From positions 1,302,001-1,366,000 of the forward strand of contig CBFFRQ010000069.1 in NCBI GenBank assembly GCA_965644315.1: a stretch of DNA of 64,000 nucleotides, read 5' to 3'. Every line of letters begins with the position of its first letter. Positions within the stretch are counted from its first letter, which is position 1. This stretch comes from Caecitellus pseudoparvulus. Its lineage: Eukaryota; Protista; Bigyra: Bicosoecida. Both the position numbers and the translations under genes were made by a program. The notes under the pieces are model-generated. The model searched no databases. It had not been told where the DNA came from and saw only the letters and a list, made by a program, of their open reading frames with translations. Below, in pieces: positions 53,001 to 64,000 of this stretch.

Positions 53001-54551
53001 GCCATGCGCGACAAGTACGCCTCAAACCCCTTCACAGCACTCTTGGGGGTGCGTAGGCCGCCCGGAGCAGAGTGCCGACCACTGCGGCGCGCAACTTTGG
53101 AGGATTCACTTGTTTCAAGCAAGCTACCAAGGCTGCGCTTGCCTCCGCCAGTTTTGGGTGTTCGAAATCCGACGGTAAGGCGGGGCTTAGCGTGCTTCTT
53201 GTAGTCGAGTTTGATGCCCAGCGCTGCCTGGGCCTGCTTGAAAGCACTCCGTTTCTCGTCGAAGTCCCGAGACCCGGGGTATGCAGTCATGAGCATGACA
53301 ACCCGACTTTCAGAGCCCATGAAGCCACTCAAAGCTGGTTGCAAAACTCTAGTAAGGGTGGAATTGCGAAATGGTATGCTTGGCATAGACTTCGGCTTGG
53401 TTCTCGAAGGAGTTGCACAGTTGCCTTCGGTGCTCGCTGCGAGGCCACTGCCTGCCTTGGCAGATCGCTTGGAAGACACCTGGAGTGCCCGGAACACCTC
53501 GACCAGACAGCTGAGGGAGCTGTTGATGAACTTCGTTTCGTCGCGTTGAGTGGTGGCTGCAGATCGAGCTGCCGCCGCTGCACCTGGTGCGGAAGAAGTC
53601 GGATCAGGAACGCCCACTTTGGAGATGCGCTCAAGACCAGCCATGTCTACGAATGTCATGCTACCAAGCACAGTGCCTGGAGAAGCCGCTGCAACTGCTG
53701 ACGCCGCCTTCTCAGACAGCTTGTGGTCCGTGGACGAGGAATCCGCAGTCTTGAGGAAGGTCAGGTTGAAGACAGCATGCCCGCGAGAGGAGGAAGCATT
53801 CATGCCGGTTGAGGCAACACGCCGGCTTTCCATGGCTTGCTTAAGTGCCTGCCACAACTCCTCTTCGCCGTGCAGCATGGCAGTTTGCAGACCCTCCACG
53901 TTCAGCGCGGCTGAGCCGTGCTCAGTGGCAATGGAATACAGCTTCAGCTGCGTGCGCTTTTCAGGGTCGAGGAGATCCTTCATGCCTGACTTCTTGTTAC
54001 TAACAATTTCGAGCGCGCGGAGCTCAATGGCCACAGAGCTGACTTCGCCAATGGTGGCGCACAGCCGCCGCAGCAGGCCGTGCTCTTCCGGGCGGTCGCC
54101 TCCAACAATTGTGTACGTCTTTCCGCTACCACTCACACCAAACGTGAAGCAAACGTTGTGCTGACCAGAGAGACTCCCTTCTATAAGAGGCTTGCCCAGC
54201 TCATCATAGGCCTGGAAAAATGGAGGGCAAGGAGTTCGCGCCTGCCGTTGCGGTTGATGAGGCAGGCAGTGACACACGTTGGTTTGTGTGGCTTCTGGCC
54301 CGAGAACTGAGTCAAATCGATAAGTCTCAGAGTCAATCCTATGCATGAAAGCCTTGCTTCCTTCACTTGGGGTGATGTCGACGCTCTTCTTGTCCCTGTA
54401 GCCGCACCGTTGGGGTGCAAGCGGAAATTGTTTGCTTGGCGCGGCACGCTGACACGCACTCGGCCACAGTGACAGCCATGGACTCTCCATCCTCGATTTC
54501 AGCAGCTGAGAGTGGTCGCAGTCGAAGAAAAACCTCAATGGACCCTGCCAT
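50027..54551 (-). CDS. N-terminal-motor kinesin, kinesin-6-like, about 1464 aa, with a tandem-repeat stalk
   Basis: IEVFLRLRPL (exon 1); P-loop FTFGVSGSGKTYT; switch I MNASSSRGHAVF; switch II VDMAGLER; FINSSL; IPFRNSTLTRVLQ. Introns 54396-54459 and 54212-54277. Subfamily call is tentative. Confidence 0.9.
50869..52014. repeat. 42-bp coding minisatellite, 27 full copies + 12 bp, encoding (AERDAEVGTLTTTL)n
   Basis: Unit CCGCATCGCGCTCAGCCAGTGTGGTGGTGAGGGTGCCCACCT starts every 42 bp from 50869 to 51961. Only three positions vary. Confidence 0.99.
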
Positions 54552-54783
54552 GTTGCTGTTGCCCACGATGGCAATGGTGGAACCTGGGCGTGATTCAAGC
54601 GAGGCAGCCTTGAGCTGCAACGGCCGCCGCACTCCCCGCACCGTTTGCAGCAGCTGGGGCCGGCAGCAGTTCGCGTTTGAAGGGCAAAATATTCTCACCC
54701 TTTACGGTGTGCTGAGGGAGTGGAGTTTTTGTGTTGATTTAGTTTTGCAGAGAACCCAGCAAGCGACCGTCCGTGCACGGAGC

Positions 54784-55533
54784 ATGTCAGCTGCCAACTC
54801 ACATGGGGGAGGGATGGATGACATGCCTGTATCATCCTCAACAGCGAAAGTGGAACTGGACCCAGTTCCTAGCGTTGACATCGACTCCGGCCGATTTCCA
54901 TGCTCGTGAGTGCCTGTGTGGCGTGGAGCTCGGCGTTTCGCGTTTCACTGCCTCTGTCCGGCCTGGCACAGGATCGTGTGGACACCGATTCCGTGCATCA
55001 CGTGGATCTTTCCTTGCATAGGACACATGGGTGAGCTTCATTGGTGAGCTGACTCATGCTGTTATCAGAATGGGCGTGATCCTCTGCGCGGCGCAGGCAT
55101 CGGGGATTCGACTGGCGTGGTTCATGACTTTGCTGGGCCATACTTTGTGTCCCTGGTAAGTGTCGCTGGGCTTGTTCCCTGTCCATGATGATAAGATTGC
55201 AGTATTTTGATGCAGGATGACTTTGCTTTTGGAGCTGTCACTAGATACGTCCAGTTCGACGTCCAGGACCGCGGGGAATGGGACCGGGGCATTCAACAAG
55301 CTGATGCCATATACCGCCGGCGCATGCACAACTTGTGCTGCGACAACTGCCATTCCCATGTTGCTGTGGCTCTGGATGGAATGTCGTCAAGGAGGCCTGT
55401 CAAGCATAACATGGTACAGCTGGCCTTGTGGGTGTTTGTGTGGGGGCGGTATACCACGCCCGCACGAGCGCTGTGCATGTGGCTTCCCTTTTGCCTGCTT
55501 ATCGCTTTTGTTGTATTTGCATCACTCATTTGA
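54784..55533 (+). CDS. TMEM222: TMEM222/RTE1-like protein, about 185 aa, 4 exons
   Basis: [64 protein letters not shown]. Introns 54906-54971, 55031-55096 and 55156-55215. Confidence 0.95.
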
Positions 55534-55802
55534 GGATCTCGGCGGTTTTGCTTCGTGTGTTGTGTCACCTTGGCACGTCATGGCCCAACGCAGCTAGCCC
55601 AGGACACTGCTCACTGTGCAACCAGGCACAAGAGTCCATGCAATGAAGGAATCTCACAGACCCCCTGGCCGACCAAATCCAAACTCCTCCCAAACCATCA
55701 GATCTGCACCATTTACTGCGCGTTTCAGCGCGTGCCAGGTGCTGTACGACTGTTGCCAGGGCTAGAGGTTTGTTGGCCAGGGCAAAATCCGCACCGAAAG
55801 TC

Positions 55803-57251
55803 ATGGGGTGTGCAGGCTCCAAAGCCTCTTCAGGGGAAGAGCCAGGGGAGGTACCCCCCCCAGCTAGAGAAGTCCAAGCACCTGTTGCCCAGCCGGCTGC
55901 CACTGCTGACGTGGACCTTGAAGAAGAGAAGGGGCAGGTAGCGCCACTTGCAACAGTGCCCGCCGATGATGAGGAAGCCGAGACAGACGAGCAAGGAACG
56001 GGCGCCAAGCACATAGCCAGCGGCGCCGAAGAGCGCACAAAAAGCCCCAGCTCAGTAGCACCAAAAGCTCCACCATTGGCTGCTGAAGGTAGGGCCGCGT
56101 CTGACTCTGCTGGTGGGGTCGAGTGCCCAGCAGTGACAGGCAACGGTTCCCACGCTGGGGACGAAGGGGTATCGACTCCACAGCACACACAGAGCAGCTC
56201 CCTGGCACCCACACATGCATCAGAATTAGGGGAAGCCTCGCAGTCCACGGGCCACCCTCCCGCTGGTGCGTCCGGTAGCGACTCGGCATCCTCTGCACAG
56301 GATACGGAGGCAGTTGTGGTGGGGTATTTGAAGTTCGGACGGGGGAGGTCCGATGGATCCCCCCCCAAGACCTTTCGGTCTGTGTACGTCGCTGTGCAAC
56401 CGGGGCAGCTCTGCATCTATGCCTCGCGCAAGTCTTATGAGGCGGGGGCAGCGCACGTGCCGTTGCTGAAAGGCGGGCGAATCCGCCTCCCACAGTACAC
56501 AATTGTGGCGGTCAAGGCATCAAACGGGGAAGACGCTGCTAGCTTACTGCTGTCACCTTCCGAAGGCGTCCAGACTGCGTCTGGATGGTCACCTCCCCGT
56601 GACTGGCACTTCCAGAGCCCCCTTGAGGAAATTCGAAACGACTGGATCGAAATCTTTGCTGAGAACGGCGCGCAGCCCGACGAAGCGTCAGAGTCTATCA
56701 TAGCTACGGCTGCAGCTGCTGCAGCAGCCGAGGCACAGGAAGCAAGTTCAGAGCTGCTTAGTGAGCCGCTCGAGACTGGAACGGCCCAGGGCTCGGCAGT
56801 CGCAGACGAGCAAACACCGAGCATGCCCGTGGTGCCCCGCCTTCAACATGCTGGATACTTGAACAAGCAACCTGACAAAGCAGACATTTTCTTTCGCAAG
56901 ATCATCAAGCGGCGCTGGCTTGTCCTGGATGGCTCCTTGCTGCGGTACTGGGACTCAGAAGAGTCATGGCGTGCGAAGCCCGACACAAGCTTGCGAGGTT
57001 ATGACATTGACTTGAGCTCATACCGGGTAGTGACATCTTCATCTGAGGGCTTGAGCGACCCAGGCACGCTTTCGCCAGAGACTGGCGCTGAGCTGGAGCA
57101 CCTGGAGGGAGGGGTGCATCTTGTCCCGACTGCGGCGGCACAAGCCCGGGACAAGCCACTGAAGCACGTATGGGTCTTTCAAGGCACAGACAGAGCAGAG
57201 CAGGACGAGTGGGCTCGAAGATTTATTCAACACGGGGCCTCCAGAGCGTAG
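55803..57251 (+). CDS. Dual-acylated protein with two PH domains
   Basis: MGCAGSK (myristoyl-G2/palmitoyl-C3 pattern); PH1 VGYLKF..FRSVYVAV..LCIYAS..IRNDWIEIF; PH2 AGYLNK..KRRWLVLDGSLLRYW..EQDEWARRF. Confidence 0.8.
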   Translation: MGCAGSKASSGEEPGEVPPPAREVQAPVAQPAATADVDLEEEKGQVAPLATVPADDEEAETDEQGTGAKHIASGAEERTKSPSSVAPKAPPLAAEGRAASDSAGGVECPAVTGNGSHAGDEGVSTPQHTQSSSLAPTHASELGEASQSTGHPPAGASGSDSASSAQDTEAVVVGYLKFGRGRSDGSPPKTFRSVYVAVQPGQLCIYASRKSYEAGAAHVPLLKGGRIRLPQYTIVAVKASNGEDAASLLLSPSEGVQTASGWSPPRDWHFQSPLEEIRNDWIEIFAENGAQPDEASESIIATAAAAAAAEAQEASSELLSEPLETGTAQGSAVADEQTPSMPVVPRLQHAGYLNKQPDKADIFFRKIIKRRWLVLDGSLLRYWDSEESWRAKPDTSLRGYDIDLSSYRVVTSSSEGLSDPGTLSPETGAELEHLEGGVHLVPTAAAQARDKPLKHVWVFQGTDRAEQDEWARRFIQHGASRA

Positions 57252-57407
57252 TCTGCACTTACTTGGGCCATCAAGCACGACAAGACGATTGCCAGCCTTG
57301 CCGTGGCAGCGCCCCTCGCCGCACATAATTCACTTCTGCCAGAACGATAGCCGCTCGTGCTGCACTGCTGTCTTGGGGTTAGTCTCTGCAGGTCCGACTC
57401 CGGAAAC

Positions 57408-60400
57408 ATGTCAGACAAGCATGGTCCGCAAGAAGGCACGACAGCCGCAGCAGGCGACTCTGAAGCCTCCGTCCAAGCTGCATTTGATGTTTTTAATCGT
57501 CATGCTGAGGAAATAGAAACCTTGTTCAACGATGCCTCGTCGCCATCGGGTATGGAGTTGTCGTCGTTCAAGGTGCTGGTTGTCGGTGCAGTGTCTGGGA
57601 ATGAGGTAGGTGACAGCCGTTGACAGCGGCTGACTGTGCTGCGACACACGAGAGGATTTTGCCCTTGAGCGCTTAACAGTGGACTGATTTTCACGATGTT
57701 ATTGAGGAATCGTTCAGATTAGCATCATCAGCGTCGGCAGCGACTTCGTGCGTGCTCTCCGGTGCCAGTGCGAGCCTTGGAGGTGATGCAATTTCCGCAT
57801 TCACCCACCGCAGAGCTCCGCCACTTTTGAGCTTACATGACTTCGTGGAGGCCCTCTTCCAGGTTGCAGCTCACTGCCGTTGGGTATGTTCTCGAGTGCA
57901 TGAAGTTCTTTCGCCCCCTCATCATTCTAGAGCTTCTTCGCAGGAAGGTGACTTGGCGGTTCGCGTAACAGTCCTGCTGAGAAGGCTCTTGGGTACCCAC
58001 TCTGGCCCAGCCAGCCGGGCTTCAGGAGAGAGGCCGCCCAAGAACGGCCCCTTATCTCCAGTGACAGTATCATCGTGCATGTCATTCGTCACTGCTGCCT
58101 CATCTTTCACAACTGCCACGACAACATTGGCAAGCACGAGTCCAGGTGCCCCACTGGACTCTACGCCACGCCTTGAAGCGCGCAGCCTAGGCACTGTAAG
58201 TGCAACTCCAGGCACCGATAGCCCACAGGACGTACATCAGAGCTGTACTCCTACTCGGGACAGCTCTCCTCTGTCTGACTGGCCTGCTGAAAGCGCAAGT
58301 GTTGTGGATGATGGAAGCCTGACAGCCTCCCCAGCAGTCAGCCCTGCACTCGAACCGACACGGCGTCAAATCATAACCCCCACAGCTCTGAAAAGAGCTT
58401 TGATGGTGCACAAGGCTGATTCGCAGCCTCGGCGCTCGCATGGCATCCAAAACAGCCTGGAGCACGCGAATGCTAGAAGACGTCGCCGACAAGGTGCATC
58501 AAGTCAGATGACCAGCGCAAGAATCCGAAGTGCACAGGAACGTGCCAAGCGCACAGTTTACCCTGACACTGTGAAAACGCCTGCTGTCCAGTGCCTGGAC
58601 TCTGCTCGCCTGGCTGCAAAACCTCGACCCTCTCACATGCCTTCGCCGGTCTCTGTCGCTCATGCCCGTCTGGCCTTGGAGCTGGACCTTGGTGCAGCAA
58701 CTGAAGCCTTGAAGTGTCTCTTTGTGCAGTACGCAGACCCTGCACGTAGAGGTTTCGGTGCAGCTGAGGCAGTGCTCATGGGGCGCAGCCAGTTCACGCA
58801 GCTCGTTCTCGATAGCCAGCTTGTTCACCGCGACCCGTCAACCGCGTGCTCGATTCAGCGAGGCGATATTGGGGTGGTGTTTTCAGCAGTCATGTCATCA
58901 CAGCTTCCACACGATGGTGGACAAGCTCCATCTGTTCAGCTTTGGAAGGAGCACGCCTTCGAAGTCCGGTCCGTCTCTCGCAGCATGCTGCAGCTTCGGA
59001 TCGACTTTGCCCATTTCGTGAAAGGGCTTCTGCTCCTTGCGACGAAGAAGTACAGTAGCGCGATGTTATCATCGGCGGAATCTCGAGTAGAGGCAGGCAC
59101 AGCTTGCAGCAAGCTCGTGGGCGGCCTCCCAGCTGCTCTACAAGACTCACTGGGCGCCAGCAAGGCTGCCCAGCTCCGAGGTGCGGCGAAACCGAAGTTT
59201 GCTTCTCTCCACACAACTTTGGGCTCCGACAAAATCAGTCCTCACATGGCGCTTCGCTTGGCACTGCTCCTCCACCTGCTACCTCTTGCCCAAGACAAAG
59301 GCTTCCTTCCGTCAGTGTCCCAGGCAGGCACCTGCCGAGCACCACACCAGCCTCGACTTTCTCCGAAACAGGGAAAACCTCACGCGCTTGCAAGTCCTGA
59401 GCCGCCACGGAGCACTCGCGATCCCTCGCAACCTGCGCCAGCTCCGTTCTCTCCTCGCCTAGCGAGCTGCGCGCCACTCGCCACAAGTGACTCACAAGCC
59501 GATCAGCATCAACTGCATCGAGCAAGCACCCCCAGCCTTCCTTGCAGGCGGCCGGCTGTTCCTTCGCTTCAAGACATGTCAGCAATCCTGCGCCAGCATG
59601 AGGCCAAACCGGCTCCCGCTGCTAGGCCGCAGCGCTCGCTGCTGCCAAAGCCCAGGAGGGCAGCAAGCACCCCGAAGGTGCACGGAAATCTTACAACACC
59701 AGGGGGGGAGTCCGTTGGCCAGAATCATGCTGCATCAAGCATCACACTTTCAGCGTTGCGGCCGGCTGCCTCCGCGAGATCGGGACGCGCTGTCAACCAC
59801 GAAGACAAAGACGGCACTCCATCGAGCTCCATACATGTAAATAATGCGACACACACAAGTCATGGAAAGAAAAGGGATCCTGTGGCTCTGTTTGATGATT
59901 GGGGACTTGAGGCCAGGCCCGACCGCGAAGCTGTCCAACACGTAACGGTCGCGCCTCCGAGCTCCAGCTCTGCACGCAAACTTCTTCAAGGCAGGCCCAC
60001 AGAGTGGGCGGGCGAGGGCAGTGTACACACACAAGAGCTTGAAGTATCTTATGCCAAGGCTGGTGCAGGCATTCCGTCTGCCTTGCCCGTGCCTGCGCCG
60101 GTGGGGCGACGAACAGACAGCTGGGACACAACGCTGAGCTCTGTGAGCTCCAGGAGTGCTGGCTGGGTCCCGGATGCACTTCACCCACCTCGAAGTGAAG
60201 CACCGCATGATAGTGAAGGGATGGTTCGCGGGTCATTTGGGTCAAGCGGTTTCCCTGCTCCTGACAGCCGAACGCCCCACGGGAAGTTTGCCGGAAAGGT
60301 GCGCTTTGGCCCCCTGGCTCACCAAACACCGCGGGCCCACACATCCCCGGCTACCCCAGCTTCTGACAAGGCTCAGCGTGAATGGATGGCAAAACATGCT

Positions 60401-61333
60401 CTGAGCGTGGAGACGAAGCGGCGGCTGGCAGGGTATGACCCAGACACTGGCAACCCTCACAGCGTCCAGTCTGATGCTTTAAATGAGCCGGGAGCTGCTC
60501 GCAGCACAGCCCAGAAGCCCACAGCTGGAAACACTTCAGTTGCCGTAATCACCCCCCCTGGTCTTGGCAGGCAGCTTGACTATTCAGATGTGTTGTCGCC
60601 AGGGTTGTCTGTGAGGTCAGCCGCCATGAGCCCAGGGGACATCCCAGCGCGATCCCCGGCACCCCACATGCTGGCACCCACTCCCAATGTCGTGGCTCTC
60701 AGAGCGGCAACCGGACTCCGAGATTATTCCCCTGCATCAGGGATGGAGAGCCCCGGTGGCGTAGGGCAGCAGGGTGCTTCTCCTCTACCTGCTCGGCAAA
60801 GGGCGCAGGCAGACGCCCAGCAGCCCGGCGAAGAGTGCGTTGCCACAATTTTGGTTCTCAAAGACGGCAGCATTTGTGTGAAGACCCCAAGCTCCCCTGC
60901 ATGTGAAGACTGTCGTGAGGCGGGGGGCGCGCACGCCTCAGAACGCGTCGAGCACCTAGGCCACACAACGCTGCGGGTACTCCTGTCCTCATCCGCCGAA
61001 GAAGCAAAGGCCCTTGAAGCAAGCCAAACTTCGTCAGGTGCATCAGATTGTCCAGCTCTACCTGTGGGCTCTGTGAACGCTGAATCCGGGCTGCAGACCA
61101 GCCAAGCTGTGCACGAGCAGCCGATGCCTGCTCTTGAGCCACAAGCACCGCTGGAAGCCGCAAGTGAGCCATCAACCCGATCATCGGTGGGCCGTGATTT
61201 ACCAGACGCGTCATCTGATTGTGCGGATGCACAACTTGCAGCTAGCAGGCAGCGTCCAGCTCGGGGCCGTCGCGCGTTTGGTTTTGTTGGTGCGGACGGG
61301 GGCATGTCATTGGTGCCCCCAGGACTGAGCTAG
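57408..61333 (+). CDS. Large protein with a p25-alpha/TPPP-like helical domain and long disordered regions
   Basis: Introns 57606-57679, 57748-57813 and 57884-57943 link MSDKHG to the 1193-aa ORF. LKCLFVQYA..MGRSQFTQLVLDSQL..RGDIGVVFSAV..RIDFAHFVKGLLLLATKKY resembles p25-alpha. Confidence 0.6.
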
Positions 61334-61342
61334 TCGATACTG

Positions 61343-62893
61343 TCAATGAATTTCATCAAACACCGCATCTTCATTGGCATTTTCCTGCATCAGGCGTCGC
61401 AGCTTCCCGACTTCCGACTGGAGATCGCCCCGCCCGCAAGTGGACGTTTGATCTGCATCTGAATGGGATGCTTCGTATGCGCCAACGATGCCGTCCTCCC
61501 ACCACTTGAAGCAGCATGGAGCACGATCACGAGCCGTTTTGCTATGGGGCACGAAAGCAAGTTGGATCCCTCGGGTTTGTGCTGCCAAGTCTTGCAGCGC
61601 AATGTTGTGTTGCAGTGTGTCCTGAATGTCTGACACTCGATCCCCATCCACGATGCTTCCGGTAAGCCCCAAGCTCCATGGCTTCACATTGGAAGTTGCA
61701 TGGAACCACTTCGCGGGGTACCACGCAAGCTCCCCTGCACGTGCTACACCTGCGTAGCAATGGTCCGCCTCTCGTAGGTTCGGGAAGCGCGCGTAATCTG
61801 GCGCAAACACGTCCAAGCCTTCAGCTTCGGCTGCCTCATCCGCACCCTGCACTGCATGGTACTGAGACGGAGCGCAGATGTGCCATGCCTTTGCTCCAGC
61901 AAGCTGCAGCTGCCATGAAGACGTAGGGATGAAATCATCATGGTTGTGAGAGCCTGCGCAAAATAGCAGCAGCTGCGTGTCGCGGGTGCCCTTAAAACTG
62001 CAGAGCACACGTCTTACCCACTGCCAGGCTTCCCATGAGGAGCAAGGTCCATGAGGTGCCAGTGATCCAGGCGTCTTGCACCGTGTCGTCGCCCAAGCAG
62101 TACTGCATCCAGGCTCGGCTGCGCACCATGTGATCAGGAAAGGGGGTCGCCAGCGGCTCCAACAAGCGTTGAAGGCGCTGCGGGCTATCGCCGGTGGACA
62201 TGTACGGGGTGTTCATCACTGTCATAGTACTGGCGCTCTCTGAGCTGTTCTTGGGCCAGCTGAGGAATTGCGCTGCCAGCCGCTGCCTGGCGCTTTCATT
62301 GCCCAGGCTTGCTCCCATCCAAGAACGCAGTGCGTCTGACAAGTGGAGGTCACTCTCTTCTTTCCGCGTGCCATATGAGTTCACGTTCATCGTGTACGTG
62401 CGGTGTGGGCTGCCCTGCATGTGCTCTGCGAGAGCCTCCGAGCTAAAGTGGGCTCGCTCGACCTCTCGCCATGTCGCAGAAGTGTTGGGTGACAGGGGCA
62501 CATCAACAATGACGAAGGGGAAGAGACCGTGACGATACCTCCAGTTCTTTGGCGCGTACCATTCTCTGGTGGTCATGCGCTTGATGCTACGAACATTATG
62601 CTGCAAGCCAACCTGCGCGCTACCGTGGCCAGTCATGTGCCCAGCGGCCTTGTACAGCGACGAAGGCAAAAGACACGCACTTTGGGGTTGCAGGCATGGT
62701 CCTCAGCTTCATGAAGAGCTTGGCCTGTCCATGCCATTTGGTAGCGACACCGAGCCTGCACAGCAATGGCGAACTGCTTCGCAGTACTGTCGCCGGCTGA
62801 TTCGTCGCCGCGACACCAGACTGGGCAGCACATCAGCAAGATTGCTAGAGCCCAGCCGAAGCCCGAAAGAAGGCCCGGAGAGAGCAGCCCCAT
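61343..62893 (-). CDS. Signal-peptide-bearing JmjC/cupin 2-oxoglutarate oxygenase-like protein, about 472 aa
   Basis: Signal peptide MGLLSPGLLSGFGWALAILLMCCPVWC; LLMGSLAVGSHNHDD..SWQLQLAGAKAWHIC..RAGELAWYPAKWFHATSN (HxD...H). Introns 62613-62680 and 61954-62017. Confidence 0.75.
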
Positions 62894-63761
62894 TTCCTCT
62901 TTCGTGTCTGGTTGAACCTGATCGAGGGTGCGACCGAGGCCTCACGCTTGAGCGCTTTGAGCGGCGGCTTCCTGGGTGGTGAATGAGGCAGCACGCACGC
63001 CACGTGCAACGGAAGCCTTGCGCTCACAGCTAAGAAATGAGGCAAGGCGCACAACACTGCCGTGGCCACAGAGACCACACACCTAAGACTCCCTGGGCAT
63101 GGGTTTGTTCAAATGGGTGCCACGATTGAGCGGTGACGGCTCGATGAAAGGGGGGGCAGCCCTTGCCATAGAATCCAAGCTGCGGGCCTAGCGGATGAGT
63201 AGCCTGACGGAGACGTGTCCAGGTACGGATCACGGAGGAATCATCGTGGTGGCACTACATGCCAGCTTACCTTGCCCCTTGGGCGCATGCTCATGTGCTG
63301 GGATCCGGGCCAAGAAATGGCAAAGTCAGGGAAAACCTCGAGAAGTTCTGCAGCATTCTTGACGTGTGCGCCAGTCGAGCCGCGTTGCCGCCAGGGGGGA
63401 CACAGTTGGCCCCTAGGCTATGATTTTGGCGGTACCTCTTACAATTGACCCTTCGCACCCCTTTCACGCACACGAATTCTGGGAGTGCACGATTAAAACC
63501 CACCCACTTTCTGCAAAGGCACTCGAATGATTGTTGCCCAACGGCAACTTGCGCACCACGCACGTGTCTTTCACCCAGCAACATGGCTGCTCAAACTGCT
63601 GTCTCTACAAAGGAAGGACACCCGAGCCTTGCAATGCTTCCGGCATCGTGGCGAGCAATCCCAGTGGTGCAGCCTCACTGGACACATGCTGCTGAAGCTG
63701 TGAGTACCAGATTCCGCACCCTGCAGAGCAGCCATGCTTTTTACCCTGGCTGACGTTTGCT

Positions 63762-64000
63762 ATGCCGGCACAGCCCGAGGAGGCGAGCGAACTCATGTCA
63801 CGACTCGATGAAGTCATGGATCAGGAAGGCAACCGCGTTTGTGCCGAGTGCCCCATTCAACATCCACAGTGGGCTGTCCTGGATCGAGGTGCGATATGCT
63901 TGCACTTATCGCATCAAGCTGCTTGTCACTCTTGTGCCGTGCCCACAGGCATCTTCGTATGCAGTCTGTGCGCGGGGGTTCATAGAGAGGGGGTCTCCAA
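63762..64000 (+). CDS. ArfGAP-domain protein, 5' part (runs off the window)
   Basis: GNRVCAECPIQHPQWAVLDRG|IFVCSLCAGVHR gives the CxxC-x16-CxxC-x4-R ArfGAP zinc finger after removing intron 63889-63948. Not listed in the ORF track. Confidence 0.9.
   Translation, partial: MPAQPEEASELMSRLDEVMDQEGNRVCAECPIQHPQWAVLDRGAICLHLSHQAACHSCAVPTGIFVCSLCAGVHREGVS

Overview
This is a very gene-dense stretch of a GC-rich (roughly 60-65%, judged from spot counts) eukaryotic nuclear chromosome from a flagellated protist. IFT56 and NME7 indicate cilia; a stramenopile-type heterotroph is plausible but cannot be proven from this window. I can build about 32 protein-coding gene models, with about 35 short GT-AG introns mostly 59-74 nt long. 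Recognisable genes include an AFG2B/SPATA5L1-like AAA ATPase, an ABCC10-like transporter, SNF7/CHMP4, a COMMD6-like protein, IFT56, G-beta, BUD23, NME7, DPM1, an NMNAT-like enzyme, ATP synthase delta, an SLC35F-like transporter, a PRKCSH-like protein, a kinesin-6-like motor, TMEM222, a JmjC protein and an ArfGAP. I found no tRNA, rRNA, CRISPR or intact transposon. Five signals stand out. (1) A single 3.4-kb gene-free, low-GC island (43.9-47.3 kb) has mirror-image C/A versus G/T strand skew and is a candidate centromere and/or replication origin. (2) A 9-mer, ATTTCCGCA, lies 0-28 bp from seven start codons in either orientation and is a candidate core promoter element. (3) All ten convergent gene pairs are 55 bp or less apart, and one pair overlaps in coding sequence. 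(4) A 27-copy 42-bp coding minisatellite builds the kinesin stalk. (5) An acyl-CoA-synthetase-fold protein looks mitochondrial and catalytically dead. All gene names come from motif recognition by eye, not from database searches.
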